DNA of 64,000 nucleotides, from the NCBI GenBank assembly GCA_012026655.1, contig JAAILG010000009.1:124001-188000 (forward strand), given 5' to 3'. Made by a program: the position numbers and the translations under genes. Below, piece after piece: positions 14,588-28,200 of the stretch (its first letter is position 1; each line of letters starts with the position of its first letter). The DNA comes from Hydrolagus affinis. Lineage: Eukaryota. The notes beneath the pieces are model-generated. The model searched no databases. It worked only from the letters and a program-made list of their open reading frames with translations, and had not been told where the DNA came from.

Positions 14588-14901
14588 AGAAACCTGTACC
14601 TCAGTGGTTAGAGCACTCACCTTGCAAGTGGGAGACCTGGGATCGATTCCAGGTAGGGCGAAACATTGGCCAGGTTTCCTTACTCCACATGCCTAGTAAT
14701 GATCCCTCCCCCAAAAAACAATAATAATTTGGTCGCTCAATCCACGACTGTTTGTGGGACACTGCTGTGCACTATTGGCTGCCGCGTTTCGCCCACAAAT
14801 ATACAGTCAATTCACTTTACAGGATATTCTGTGAAGCGCTTTGAGAAGTCTAGAAGACGTGAAAAGCACTGTATCAAAATTCAAGGATTATTATTATTAT
14901 T
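14588..14901 (+). mobile_element. Full-length tRNA-SINE
   Basis: A-box, B-box GATCGATTCC, body, (TTA)n tail. Confidence 0.9.
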
Positions 14902-15869
14902 TGCCACAGAGTCTTTGTATTCTGATAATTGTTAAGTCTGTTGAAAACGTTGCAGTTTCTTCACCTCTGTTCAAGAAAACAATGAAGGAAGTAACATAGG
15001 ATGAGAGATGTCTCAAAACACTTCACAGAACATATATTGTAAAGTGTATTATGGACGAAACATGGGAGCCAATTGCGCACAGTCACTGAATCCATAAACA
15101 GTCGTGGGTGGATTGAGTCACCATATTTTTTTTGTCCCCCAGAAAACGATCCGCCAATTGACTAACAACAGGGGAACAAGGTTCCTTTAAAATTATGTGC
15201 AAACACTTTTGGTAGTTTCACAGTGGGTTGGGGGCAGAAGCAATTCCCTTGTCAGCAGCTTATGGCAGGCGGTGCTTAGTTTGTAGGCGGGAGAAGGAGG
15301 AGTGCCAACATGTATAATGATCCAGTCACACTCAGCAGCTCAGATGGAGCTGTAAGGTTGGAAGCAGTTCCAAACTTAGTGCTGGAGTTCCATACTTAAC
15401 CCTGGGCTTGAAACCGTGACAGGACACAGCAACTCGTGCTTTATGGAAGGGATTCGATGCCCAGATGAGCAGTAAAATTAATTGCTACACAGAAGATAAA
15501 ATTTAACACGTTTGGGTTTTAATGCACTAAAAGTTATCTGTGGGAAGTACTGGGGTCTCAGTGACAAGTGCAAACATTTGCTGAAAGATTAAGATAGTGC
15601 TGCGGCTATGGACTTGGGCTGTAACAAAGAGTGAAATAACTTCATCTTGTTTAAGTGGGAGGAGGTTAGATATTTCTATAAACCATTGGAGTCACATTAA
15701 TGCCTTTTACTTCTGGAAAGATTTAAAGGATTGTGAATGCTTGCTGGAATTCTCAAAGCATACATTCTGTTCCAAGTCTGGCTGAAATGTTCAGCTGAAG
15801 TCTGTTTTGGAATTTGAAAACACACAGAGGCTTCAAGCTTTGGGAATTTTTGAAGACAGGATTTATTTT

Positions 15870-16211
15870 TCCCAGTCTTCCCTCCCTCCTTCCCTCCTCC
15901 TTCCTTCCCACCCCCTTCTCTCGAGCTGCTTGTTCACTGAAGGCACCACATTCATTCACTGCTTCTCCTACTGCTAATCACTTGGAGTTCAACAGAGCCC
16001 TGAATTCATCAGGTCATGTTGCATTTTCGAAGCTCATTGCTCACTGAGACCCTACCGTGTGTGCAGCTGAATAGAGGACTTTGATTGTTACGAGATGGGA
16101 GTGCTGACCCTTATCACAGGCTTGTTCCTCTGAATACGGAAAGTGTAGGAGGATTATACGAGCTGAAGAGATGAAACTATTCAATTGGATATCTTGTACA
16201 CTCTGAGGAAG
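15870..16211 (+). promoter_or_regulatory. Candidate promoter/5'UTR of the RhoGEF gene (pyrimidine-rich tract, two short uORFs)
   Basis: CT-rich tract 15870-15920 in repeat-free sequence directly upstream of the candidate ATG|GT; inference only. Confidence 0.3.
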
Positions 16212-16214
16212 ATG
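16212..16214 (+). CDS. Candidate coding exon 1 (start codon only, at the 3' end of a 5'UTR exon)
   Basis: gaagATG|gtaatg with A at -3 and an in-frame upstream TGA at 16164. Phase 0 matches exon 2 and gives M-NSQSLD, paralleling MDPPSLD of KIAA1755. Alternative ATG|GT sites exist at 24731 and 28300. Confidence 0.45.
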
Positions 16215-19200
16215 GTAATGTATATTTTACTGCTTTTGATATATCTAATTTGAGTTACTCATTCAGTGCAATATATGTTTCTTCTGAAGCATATACGAAC
16301 TAAAATCTGATTCCAATAACTTGCTGGTTTATTCACAGGAGCTATATTAACTAGCTTGGTTAGTATGGTGAAAGATTGTAGCTCACATTGCCTCTCGTGT
16401 TCATTCAATCGAATGCCACAAACTTATTCTATGTTCTCTGCTTTGTTAGCCAACCTTAGAAAATGTTTCCTTTGTGAAATTCCCTTTTCGGATGCTTAAA
16501 ACTTCTTTGAGCACTCAGAGGGTTAACTGGAGAGCTCTGTCTCCAGAAGCTGTGGACAATTTATGTTCTATTTTTGTCCAGCATCATTGGGAATAACACT
16601 CGATGTGATTATCCTGAAGATTAGTTGAAAAAACAACGCTTCTTAAGTGATGGTTTAGCCAATGAACAAATCCATGAGACACTGAATACGAGTTCAGTGT
16701 AATATGTTCTTGGGGATGGACAGTGCTGCCTGCCACAGCATCCTATGCATAACTCACAGAAAAGAATGTTTTGTGTAAAATTCTGTTTGATGTCCTGCTT
16801 AAATGTGTACATTTAAAGATGCCGTTTCGTAAAATAAAAGTAGAGTTTCACCAACGAGAGAAGCTTTTGTGTAATGTGTTTATACAGCAATTGCATGTGC
16901 CAGTCCAGCATTCTGTGCTGTGTTAGGGACTATTCCTTGGACCGTATTAAACATGAACTTTAGAGGCATTCAAAACACTCAGCGTCTGATACAGTGAAAG
17001 CGGTAACATCTCTGTATTTCTCAGCATACAAAGAGACAGCCTTTGCACTTTGGTTAGGTAGTTATGGAGTCCCCATAGCATGGTACAGAGTCCTGAAGCA
17101 TAATAGTTAGAGCATCACCTCGCAAGCGAGAGGATCTGGGTTTGATTCCTTGGTGGGGTAAACCTTGAACAAGTTTCCTTGCTCAAAATGCCTATGTTTA
17201 CCTAGCAGTAAGTAGTCAGTTGATTGCCGATCGCTTTCCAGGGAAATGATTTGTGTGAAAGCCTGGCGTAATGTTAGCACTCCCACCCCTGAGTCAGTGG
17301 GTTATAGGTTCAATCCCCCTATTAGGACTTGGAACCACATAGCCTAAGCCTGATACTCCAATGGAGTCCTGGGTGTGTTGCATTGTTGGAGGTGCCGTCC
17401 TTCAGATGAGACTTTAAGCTTTGGCCTGAAAGGCGCAACACAAGTGTAATTTTGTTGTTATTGTAAGCCAAGGTCTCATCTGCCACTCAATTGGATGTTA
17501 AAGATTCCATGGTACTATTCAAAAAGAGAAGAGAGTTTTCCCAGTGTTCTAGCCAACAATCTCCCCCAAATAAAATTGGTCAATCAATCCATGGCTGTTT
17601 GTGGGCCATTGCTATGGACAACTGGCTGCTGCTTTTCACCCACAAGATACACAGTCAATTCACTTTACAGTATATTCCGTGAAGCGCTTTCAGATGCTCA
17701 TCGATGTGATAAAGCACTGTAACAAATGCAAGGATCATTACGAGTATTATCAATTGGTTAATAAAAACTGGCATCAAAAGCCTACAAATACACAGTTACG
17801 ACACTCCATATTAAAGTTCTGTGAAGCATTTTGAGACATTTTAACGACATGATGAGGTGAACAAAATTATTATTGTGCACCTCCTCAGTGCGATTTCATA
17901 TCTAATAATTTTTGTTACATACTCATTGCTAGGTTAGCGAAGTTATTGGAAATCTTAATGTGATGTAGGGTGGTAGGTCACCTAGCTACATGTTTCCTCT
18001 ACAACACTATACTCACTCACTCACTCACACACACAGTATATAGTCAATCTTTCTTAGATTCAAACCGGTCAAATTTGAGGTGTACCTTGTTGCATTCCTT
18101 GTCTTAATTTATACATTCCTGTTAAGGAAGAGTAGTAAATATTACCTCATCATTGCAGAAATATTGTAATTTAACTTGAGGAGTTTTTCAAACATTTACA
18201 TAGAATGTGCAGCATGGAAACAGAGCACTCAACCCTACCAGTCTTTGCTGGTGTTTATACTGCACACGAGTCTTCACCCATACCTTACCCCCTTCCATTC
18301 CCCTCTCTCTCATGTGAAGTCTATCCACCTCTTGAATGCATCTTTCTGTACTATTCGAAGAATAGCTGGAGCTAAACAAGAGATGTGCATTTCACTAGAA
18401 ACAGATGGACACAAATTCGCATCTTGAATGTGTTTTTATATACACTACTTTTTAAAAAATGCAATGTTATTAATGATCGGAAGCCGCCAGTGGAGACTAT
18501 ACTAGAACATCTTAGGCAGCTGCAAAAATATAGAGAAAAATCCCAAGCCAACTCTATTTAAATCTTTTTCTTTGTCATCCTTGTGTTAGATAATACTCAG
18601 CGGCGACAGAAAAAACAATACGCAGTCTCCAAAGAGACAAAAAAAAAACACAAAACACACATTCACTACACTTTACAATATGTTCTGTGAAGTGCTTTGA
18701 GACGTCTAGAAGACGTGAAAAGCGCTATATCAAGTGCAAGGATTATTATTATTATCATTACAGTAAATACTGACTCTTGTGTGTGGAGCGTACTGACTCA
18801 AGTGGTATCCACTTCCCTAGTTGTGCTAGGTCAGCCATCGATTATTTATAGAGTCCTGTAGCATTGTGGATAATGCTCAACTCGCAGATGAGAGGACCCG
18901 GTATCAATTCCTGGTCGCTGTGAAACTTTAGGCAAGTTTTCTTACTCCGCAAACTTCTGTTTACCTTGCAGTGAGTACAGTAGTAACCCGGTTGTTAGTT
19001 GATTGGTGAATTACTTTCCGGTGGATATAATCCGGTGGATATAAGCAAAATTTGGTCACTCACTGCTTAACTGTTTATGAGACATTGCTATGAACAATTG
19101 GCTGCCATGTTTCACCCATAGAATACACAATCAATCCATTTTACATTATATTCTGTGAAGCGCTTTACGACGATTCAGCAAAGGGATCAGATGCTATATC

Positions 19201-22200
19201 AAATGCAAGGATCATTTGTACTATTAGTTCATTTGGTGCTTTATAATGTGTGGTAGGCTACAGATAGCACCTCAGGTCATGTACAGCATCATGTAAACCA
19301 AGAAATCTCAGGTCTGACCCTAATCAGTACCTATCCAGCAGTGTCAAATGCTCTGAGATTTCCTCCTGGCAGGCCAGGGATAGCTAACCTCAGGTAGAGA
19401 ACTAGTGGAAGTGCTATGATTGCCGTTGCATGTAACACTCAGCAGAATTCCGACTCACTGGACTAGAGAATGGGGAAAATCAGGTAAGGTTCCTTAAAAG
19501 TAGTTACAGTGTAGACCTAGGCACACTTTCTCTTTTCCCAGGGAAGCAATGAATGTGCAAAAATATATCAGAAACTTTACTTAACTGTAGTCTTCCATTC
19601 CATTTTAAGAAGTCTAAATTGACTTGAATTGAATATTATTGCAGCTGGTTGAGTTTTAGTATTACACTCTCTGTTGACTTCCCGTCATTCAAACTGCATT
19701 TTTAGCAAATGAAGTAATTCAAGAGTAAGCTTTGATGCAGCCTTTATATGCACCTATTTGAAACATATAAATTGCTCATCTTGATGCAGTCTTTACTTTT
19801 ATTTTAATAGGGTTTGTGGGCTAACTTTGCTCCCAATTAAGTGTTAAAGGTCAAGGCATTGGGTGGCAGATAATGGAAAAATGTGGGTTTGGACACGGCA
19901 CATGCAGGAATCGAGTTAAGCTTACAATCCATGCCCAAAGATCACTTTAGTACAAGGACATGACTGATCAGCTATCAAGAAAAGTCACGTTAGCAAACTA
20001 AATGAAAGTTGTGACAGGATGAGAGCAAGGGTGCTGAACATGTTAAAACATATTTGAGTCCTGTAGCTCGGTAGTTAAAGCTCTTGCCTTACAAACAAGA
20101 GACCTGTGTTCGAATCCAGGCAGGCTAAAACCTTGGGCAAGTTTCCTTACTCCACACGCCTAATAATAATCCTTTAAAAAAAATTGGTCATTTCAATCCA
20201 TGACTATTTGTGGGACACTGCTGTGCGCAATTGACTACCGCGTTCCGCCCACAAATATACAGTCAATTCACTTTCCAGTATATAATGTGAAGCGCTTTGA
20301 GACGTCCAGAAGACATGAAAAGCGCTGTGTCAAATGCAAGGATTATTATTATTATTTGACATCATGCATATGTGACTGAAAGTTTGTTTGCTTTTATGTT
20401 TTCTTATCCTTCAACAATGGGGATCCATCATGCTTTGATCACTAAAAGCGCAATCTTAACTGGGCGTGAAGTAATGGGTACACAATATACTTGAAGCAGT
20501 TACACATAAGAAGTTACTGCCTGTTATGAGCAAGTACGAAAAAGATGGCTATATTTAAGGATTGGGAAGTGATCCTCCAGTGACATCCCAATAAATGCTA
20601 AACCTGGAAGGTTTAAAAGGGAGCACTGCTCAGATCACTACACTTTTATTTTTACACGCCACCATTAGTTCCCTGTTTACTGCTTATTCAGGCAGCTGGC
20701 TCTGCCTCCCCTAAACCCATTGACCTAAAGTGGAAAACAAAAAGCACAGTAAATTTGCAATTGTAAATATTCATGACCTCCAGCAATTAAGATTTACTGT
20801 ACATTGATGTCCCAAGGATATAAAACAGTTTGGAATCTATACCAAATGACATCTATCTCCCATCTAATGTAAACATACTGCACAGAAATATTCGGTGAAT
20901 TCGAAAAATACAGAGTTTATAAACTGTTAAGATCAGCACTCCAGCTGCTGTTAGCAACACCAATTGAAACAGCTGTATGCACGAGTATGTCAGATCACAG
21001 TAAAGGAATTGACCACATTGAAATCCACCAGCAAATATTGCTTAGATACAGAATCAGTCTGGTAGATCAGCTCTCAGTTTCAAAGGCTCTCAGACAAAAT
21101 AGCAATGGAGTGGATGAGTTGTAAGAATTATTGTTTCATCATAAAATTGAAGGATTGGCGAGACAGTTGGAATGTTGTCTTCCTATTGTCCCTAAACAGA
21201 GGGAGTGGAAGGGATTCAGAACATGAGTAAGGAGACAGAAATTCCACATTGGTCCAGACTTGCTCTATTCATGTCACATTTTAGGGCATCTAGAATTTGG
21301 CAAATTGTTAAAGATGTGGACCAAATGTCATGGACAAATCGGACACAGGTTTTAATTGCAAATGGTATTCTTAGGACAGATATCAGGAAGTATATTTTTT
21401 ACCCAATTGGAACAGAAAGGGTGGTTGAGGTCAGGACATTGTGATATGTTTAAAGAACAGCTCGACTCTGTGATAGAAGGATGGTAGGTTGGCGATTCTG
21501 TAAGATTGAGATCAAATGGGTCGAATGACCTTCTTCATCCAAATACATCTCATGACTGTCAGAAAACAGTTTTCATAAGTGAGCTCTGAAGTGAGGTGAT
21601 AGAGTTAAATCTGTTCTTGTTGGCAAAATAAATTGAGCCAAATATGGTTCAATGTTTCTAAGCTGCTGAAAGGACTTAGCACCAGAGATGTGAAGAGATG
21701 CTTTGTGCTGAATGGGATAATGGTAGCACAGAAGCCTAAGGAAAGTCTTACACTGAATAATGGTTTATATTGGTACAACTCCAGCAGTTGCCCAACGCAC
21801 ACTCTGGAGTCCTCAAGCCTTGGCTCTTGCCAACCTGCGCCTAACACTTTCCAGAATTAGATAAGCAGGTTGCGTCACCAAACGGAGAGAGTGCCATTCC
21901 ATTCCAACAATCTATCTCGGGAATTTCCAAGTGTAGTTTGGTGTGCATTAGAATTCTCAGCTTGGCTTAGATACTCTCAAGCATGGTGATGGGTTTCCAT
22001 ATGTGTCAGACACCCGGTGGACCAAAACAAAAATGAATGAAGCAATAAATAGATTATTTTAACCACACAAATACCAAACAAACAAACATCAATGAATGCA
22101 CAAAGAAACAAACACATAAATAAATGTGCAAATAGATAAATAAATGAATAAATGCTATGGATACAGATTCAGTAATGTGAGATAAACAAACTAGTTGGTG

Positions 22201-25200
22201 GTATAAATGCATCCATGCATGAACCCGATTGAGACTATCTGGTGGGGGTGGTCAGTGGGGGGATGTTAAGTGGCATCTCCTTGGAACTGAGCTACTTGGT
22301 AACGGAATGTCAGACTCAAGCCAAACATCCATGGCAGTTTCAGTAGTCCAGTTCTTTCCCGAGTCTGACGGCTCCACAGTCATCCAGGGCACTGCTGATG
22401 ACAGCCCAGCCAGCCTGGCTCATCAGAAGGACTTTGAATACAGACTGATCACTGGGGGGCAGGGATTCTTACCACTTAACTCCTGTTAACCTTGAAAACC
22501 AAAGCCCCAATAGGTAGGGTAGTTTTAGCTGGACAAACAGGACAAAATCTTGCCAGACTGTGCTTTCTAAGCAATTTGGTTTTATCTGGTTACTGCACTT
22601 TGGTGCCCAACACACACATTGTCCCCAAGCTCTGTCTCTTGTGAACCAGCACCTTAAATTCCCTGGAATTAGATAAGGATGTGTCCCTCTTGGGTGTTCA
22701 TTTAATTCCAATGCATGGGAACTGCCAAGTGTAGATGGAACTCTCAGTTTGGTTTGAGCACTCTTGAGCATGGTGATGGGTTTCTGCATGAGTGAGACCG
22801 AGCTAACAAAAACACAACTAACAAGATAATGCGAATGGGTCAAATTCCATTTTCGCACTTTAGCATTCTCCTGTTCTCATTTAAAACAGCTAGGGCAGAC
22901 TACAATTATACGTAAAAAATCTAGGTTTGCCCATTTTTGGTCAATTGAAAGTGGACATGGCTGTGCAGCTCAAAAAATACCCATTATTCAGCACCAACAA
23001 CAGTTTTAGCAACAGCCACACGCTGAATACAATAAAGCTATAAGCATTTTTTTTTGCAAAAATGTGGTGCATAAATAGTGTGCAGTTATTATTCAGAGGT
23101 TTTGGAGTAAACACAATGCTTTAACTTAAAAACAGCTTCACAGCCAATTGGGTCAAATCACGTTATAAACAATCTGGTTTGGGTTGCAGCGTTTCCAGCA
23201 CTGGTCTACAGATGTGTTGGGCAGTGGTATTCAGTAATTATGGATGGTAAATATCCTGAGAGCTGAACAACCATAATTTCTGAGAATTATACCCCTGTGT
23301 ACCAAGGATGATGTTCAGAGCTAGAGGGATGAACTGTGAGAAAATCTTAGATAAGTCAAGGGTTTTAAGCCTTGGAAAGAGATATCATAGATAAGAAAGA
23401 CCATATGGAGGCATTTGAGATTCAAAATGGGGTTGAGAAAGTAAACACAGAACAGTACTGTAGTTTCAGAATCGGCAAGATAGAAGTATAAGAGGACATA
23501 GGTTCAGGGTTGCAAAGGGCAATTTCAGGATAGACAGCAAACAGTATTTAATCATCCACAGGATATTTAACAACCGGAATGGGTAACAAGGAAGGATAGT
23601 TGAGCCAAGGACTCTGGACTCATTGTAGAAACACTATGATGTAATGGTGAAATTAGGTTGGGTATTGTGGAAGGATGACACAAACAGATATCCGAATGTC
23701 ACTGTGCTAGTGTCAGATGACATTAGATTGTTGCTTTTGTAGTTTCTCACACCAAGTATTTACTACTTTTGAACAATCCAAAACTCCTTTAAGTTAACTC
23801 CTGCCAAGGAAAAAAAGAACCTTCTGCGCGTATGTACAGTAACACCCAATAATGGAGAGTTAGTCAGCCCTCGAGTGGCCTAATTACCTGTTTTATTCGT
23901 CCCTTTATTATAAATTCCAAATATCACAATTCCCACGGCAGAGACTTAATCTCGGGCTTAATGTGCTGCAAGGCGCTTGTAAACCTGTGGATGTTTATGA
24001 TTATGGGGCAATTCATCACATTGTCTACAAATAACAATTGGTCTCTACAAATGCAAAAAGCAGTCAATGACCTACAACTACAGGGCCCTTAGTGAGGGCC
24101 AAAAATTCCTTGCCCTCTACCCTGATCCCATCCCAGACCCACTATTTAAATCTCTTTGATATCCTGCCTAGAGTTGGCAGGTATATTTGCGAAGCACTCT
24201 GACTTTTTTTTAACATAAAATGTGCTATGCATATGCATACAAGTTGTTGTACTTCAATTAAAACTATACATTTACCGAGTCTTAGTTGTACCCTTGTAAA
24301 AAAAGTACCATGGTAATGGTGGTAGTACCATGGTTATGGTAGTAGTACCATAGTACTACCATGGTACCACCACCATTACCATGGTACTTTTTTACAAGGG
24401 TAGAAACACCAGGTTTTGGTCAAGTCTGGAAGAAAGTGTAGGACTCAGACTCCCAATCTCACTCTAGTCTGTTCAGATTCCACAGCTGTTATCATTATCC
24501 TCCTAACTAACTAGTGACTAACCTCTTGGGGGGAATAGATAAGCCAGGGTCTCCTCAGAGCTGAGCTCCCAGACTAGCTGGCCTGGCTCCATTTGCAGAA
24601 TATTGCAGAGCAGAATGGTCAATGGGACAGTGAGTTTTCCCACAAAGCTCCTATAAACCCTGCAAGCCAAATCCCTAATGAATGGTCCTGGCTGGACATG
24701 CAGTGGGAAGTTTGCCAGATAGCGCTTTCAATGGTAAGCTATGTGGTTTAAGCTGGTTAAATGTAGTAGTTATTGTCAACACACACTCTGGGGTCTTGGC
24801 TCTTACTAATAAATTTCTGCTATATACTCTGCAGAATTAGGTAAAGAGGGTCTTCTGGGAAAGTGTGCCCATTCTATTCTGGACACAGAGTCATTTACAT
24901 GCATGGTAGTGTATGGATGTGGAACTCTCAATGTAGTTTATGCTTAAGCACTGTGATGGGTCTCCCAATGTATCTGTAAGAAAAAGGACCCTGAATTTAC
25001 TCCATTTTAGTTTGGTTCATAAAAATTTATTGCATTTGTCAACCCAAACCAGCTGAAAATACGCATGAAATAACTATTTTAATGTACTTTCTGTAGGAAA
25101 ATACGAGCTCGCAGTCTCCTGACATGTAAAAATAGCTCAGTGCTTTGGTCTGGCAGCCAGCATTCTTCATTGAGTGAGGCTTGGGGCCAGAGTTTAGTTA

Positions 25201-28200
25201 GGAAATTGGACAGGAATTAAAGTTTTTGGATGTAACCATTCCTTCATGGATATAAAGAAAATTCCTTGTCAACAAATTCAGAGAAGCCTCAATCCGTGTC
25301 TGATAATCTACACTATTTTTAAGAAAATAAATGAAAACACATTACCCCTTTGAATCATGCCATCCACCCTTAATAAAAATAGCACCTTGAGCCGTCTCAA
25401 AACGCTTCACAGAATATACTGCAAACCTTGTTCATGGGGGATGAATTCACGATAGTTTGTGATATGCTGTCTCTGATGGAACAGGCTATATAGTTACCAG
25501 CTGGAAATGGAAAAAAAATTTGTATTAGGTTTAATCCTGAACGGCACTTGCTGAGCGAAACCATCAGCGTCTGTTCTACAGACGTACGTTTTTATGTATG
25601 AAAAACGCAATACTGTAGTTCCAAACAATTCTGCATGGAGACATTTTATTTACTGTGTAGATATACTCTCTTGAGATCCACATTGCCGTCTCTGTACAAT
25701 GCCATTAATTATAAAGCTAAAATTTTCCACTACAGTACAAGAGTTTACATTGGATCATCATCAGATCGTGTTTTCGTTCTGTTCTCTTCTCATTGAATGA
25801 AACTACAGTGTTGACATTGGAATCTCTGCTTCACTGGCTTATTTCAAAGTCTCCTTAATTTAGTTTACTTCCTGTTTACACTGCACATTATTTCTACAGG
25901 GAGCAAACATGCAATTGCAAATCTGTAAGCCCTCATTCCCTTGACAGCAGGAATTGTTAATACAGTATAAGGTCGTCTACCCCAGATATTTGTCAGAATA
26001 AATTTATTACCGTGTTTGTTTTATTAGTGCAGAGGAGTCCAATGTAAAATGTTACAATACATCGTGCAAATTACGACTTCTGATGTGTCAGTTGAAAAAC
26101 ATGGCCAGTCATTATATTAACTTAATTTACTGAATTTTTAAAAATTCAGAGAGGCTACTCCACATGAAGGGCGTGGTATAAATCCAAGTTGTTGTTGTTT
26201 TTGTTGAATTGGCCAAGAATGGACCTCTTCTACCCCCTGTCCCATTTCTCTCGTCCATCCGTTCATACGTTCCACAAACTTGGTTTGATCTGAAACCAGA
26301 TGGAACGCACATTAGGCTGTGTTCAGCAGATCACTATGTAACACTGTGGTGAGCAGGAATTAAGTCAGGTTGAAATAAGTTGGTTTATTCCTTCTTCAGT
26401 TCCAACATTTTGATTGTCTGCATCTCTTTTTCTCCAAGCAACATTTTTCAGACTCTTGGCGGAACGATACTATCAATAGTAATCAGCACCTTGGGACATC
26501 CTACCGACATGAAAGGCACTATATAAATATAATTTTGTATTGTGTTGTAATATCCATTAACCTATGTGCAAGGCAGCCAAACATTTAGTTATGTGGTGAC
26601 AAAACACATCCCTTTCCCTGCTTTGTTTACATTCAAGCAGTTTTGCAAGACAGAGCAACTCAATTCAGAAGTCAAGCTGCTGAGGCAGCATGCAAGCTCA
26701 TGAATAAAACAGTTAACGCGTCAAGCCAAACTCGGTGTCATGGCTGCCAAATCCTGCTTTTTTGTTTTGTTCACCCATTTGGTAAATCACTCTCTACCAG
26801 GAGGTTATGGGTTCAAGCCTCACATCCGTTCTTGATCTCACATTCAATGCTATTTTTTTGGAACATTTTGGGCTGCAATCTTGATGTTGCCTAGAACCAC
26901 AAACGGCCACCTCATTGTGACAGCCAACATTCTGCATTTACTTGTAATGCCATGTGATAGGCAACATTTTACAGCAGACCAGTGTTAGATGGGTTTAGTT
27001 GAGGTGCCTTTACTGAGCTATTTTGTTGGCCATATGGTGATTGATTCAGATGAGGACTTCACGTTCAAATGGTGTCAGTCTGGATCAGTGATGACACTCT
27101 TTCAAACTGGAAATGGAACACTCTGGTCCCCATTAATTGACCAGGTGACATGATAAGGATTCAAGTGTGAAACTCCTGGGTAGTTAGTTTCATTTTAGAT
27201 ATGGCAAAAATTAGCCTAATTCGCGCATTGAAAATCATTTCATTAGAAGGCTTTGCAAAATGATATCTGTTTCTATCTACAGCGTACAATTCATAATTAT
27301 ATTGGTACAGATATCTTCAGGCCTAAGGGTTTGCAATCCCTGCTGACATTTTGTGCAAATTGAGATATGTCTACTCGAGGTTCTCAATTTGTTTATTTCA
27401 TGATTTGTTAAAGCCTGAAAAAAAATAGGCACCAGCCAAAATAAAAATCAACAGGCAAGCTTTCCTCGATGATCAGGATGGGCGAGAAAGACATTAAGAT
27501 TTGTGCCCATTTCCTTCTTTATTCACTCAAAATATTTCCATTGCTGTGCCTGATAATTGCCAAAACCATGACTTTTACAAATGTTCATCTGGATCTTGTT
27601 TAAGACATGTTGAGCTTTTTTAAAAAAAAAATCTATAATGTGTATGGAATCTGCATTGAATGTTCCAGGTTGAAGTTACACAGAGGCAAAGTACCAGCAA
27701 ACACAGTGTATCTCATTTAACGAGTGTATCTTTGTGAACGAGTTTGGGAAAGACTGAACACCCAATTTTGTAATGAAACCATACATACCTTTACTTTAGG
27801 AGTTAAAATTTGGGTTGTTATTCGATCAGATAAGTTCACAGCTACCTGGATTCAGGGACTTGACTTTTATCTTTAATGAGCTATGTTTGTGATCGATTCC
27901 TCTTTGTGGAAGAGCTGCTAATAGACTAATAGTGCCACTTTGTCAACTGACTGTTTCAGGAATGCCAAACTCTGAGAAGGACACATAGGGCAATGGAGCA
28001 GATTAACCTCTGATCTATTAACGGTATGTAATCGTGTGGAATCCAATACAAACAGCTGGCCTTGTAACTCAATGCTGAAAGGCACCCCTGCGCTCCCCTT
28101 TTTGAAAAGCCGCCCTATTCTCTCAGGTAGAAATTTGTTATACTAGTAGTGATAAAGGAGGGTAAAGTACAGAACTAGTTTACTTCGCAATAATAGGTAA

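Noticed and set aside
24305-24390. CRISPR-like repeat array
   Set aside because: No unique spacers, eukaryotic context, no cas genes; explained as a palindromic MITE-like element
24731-24740. Alternative ATG|gtaagc first-exon candidate
   Set aside because: Poor Kozak context (T at -3) and adjacent to a dispersed repeat copy; not excluded, but ranked below 16212
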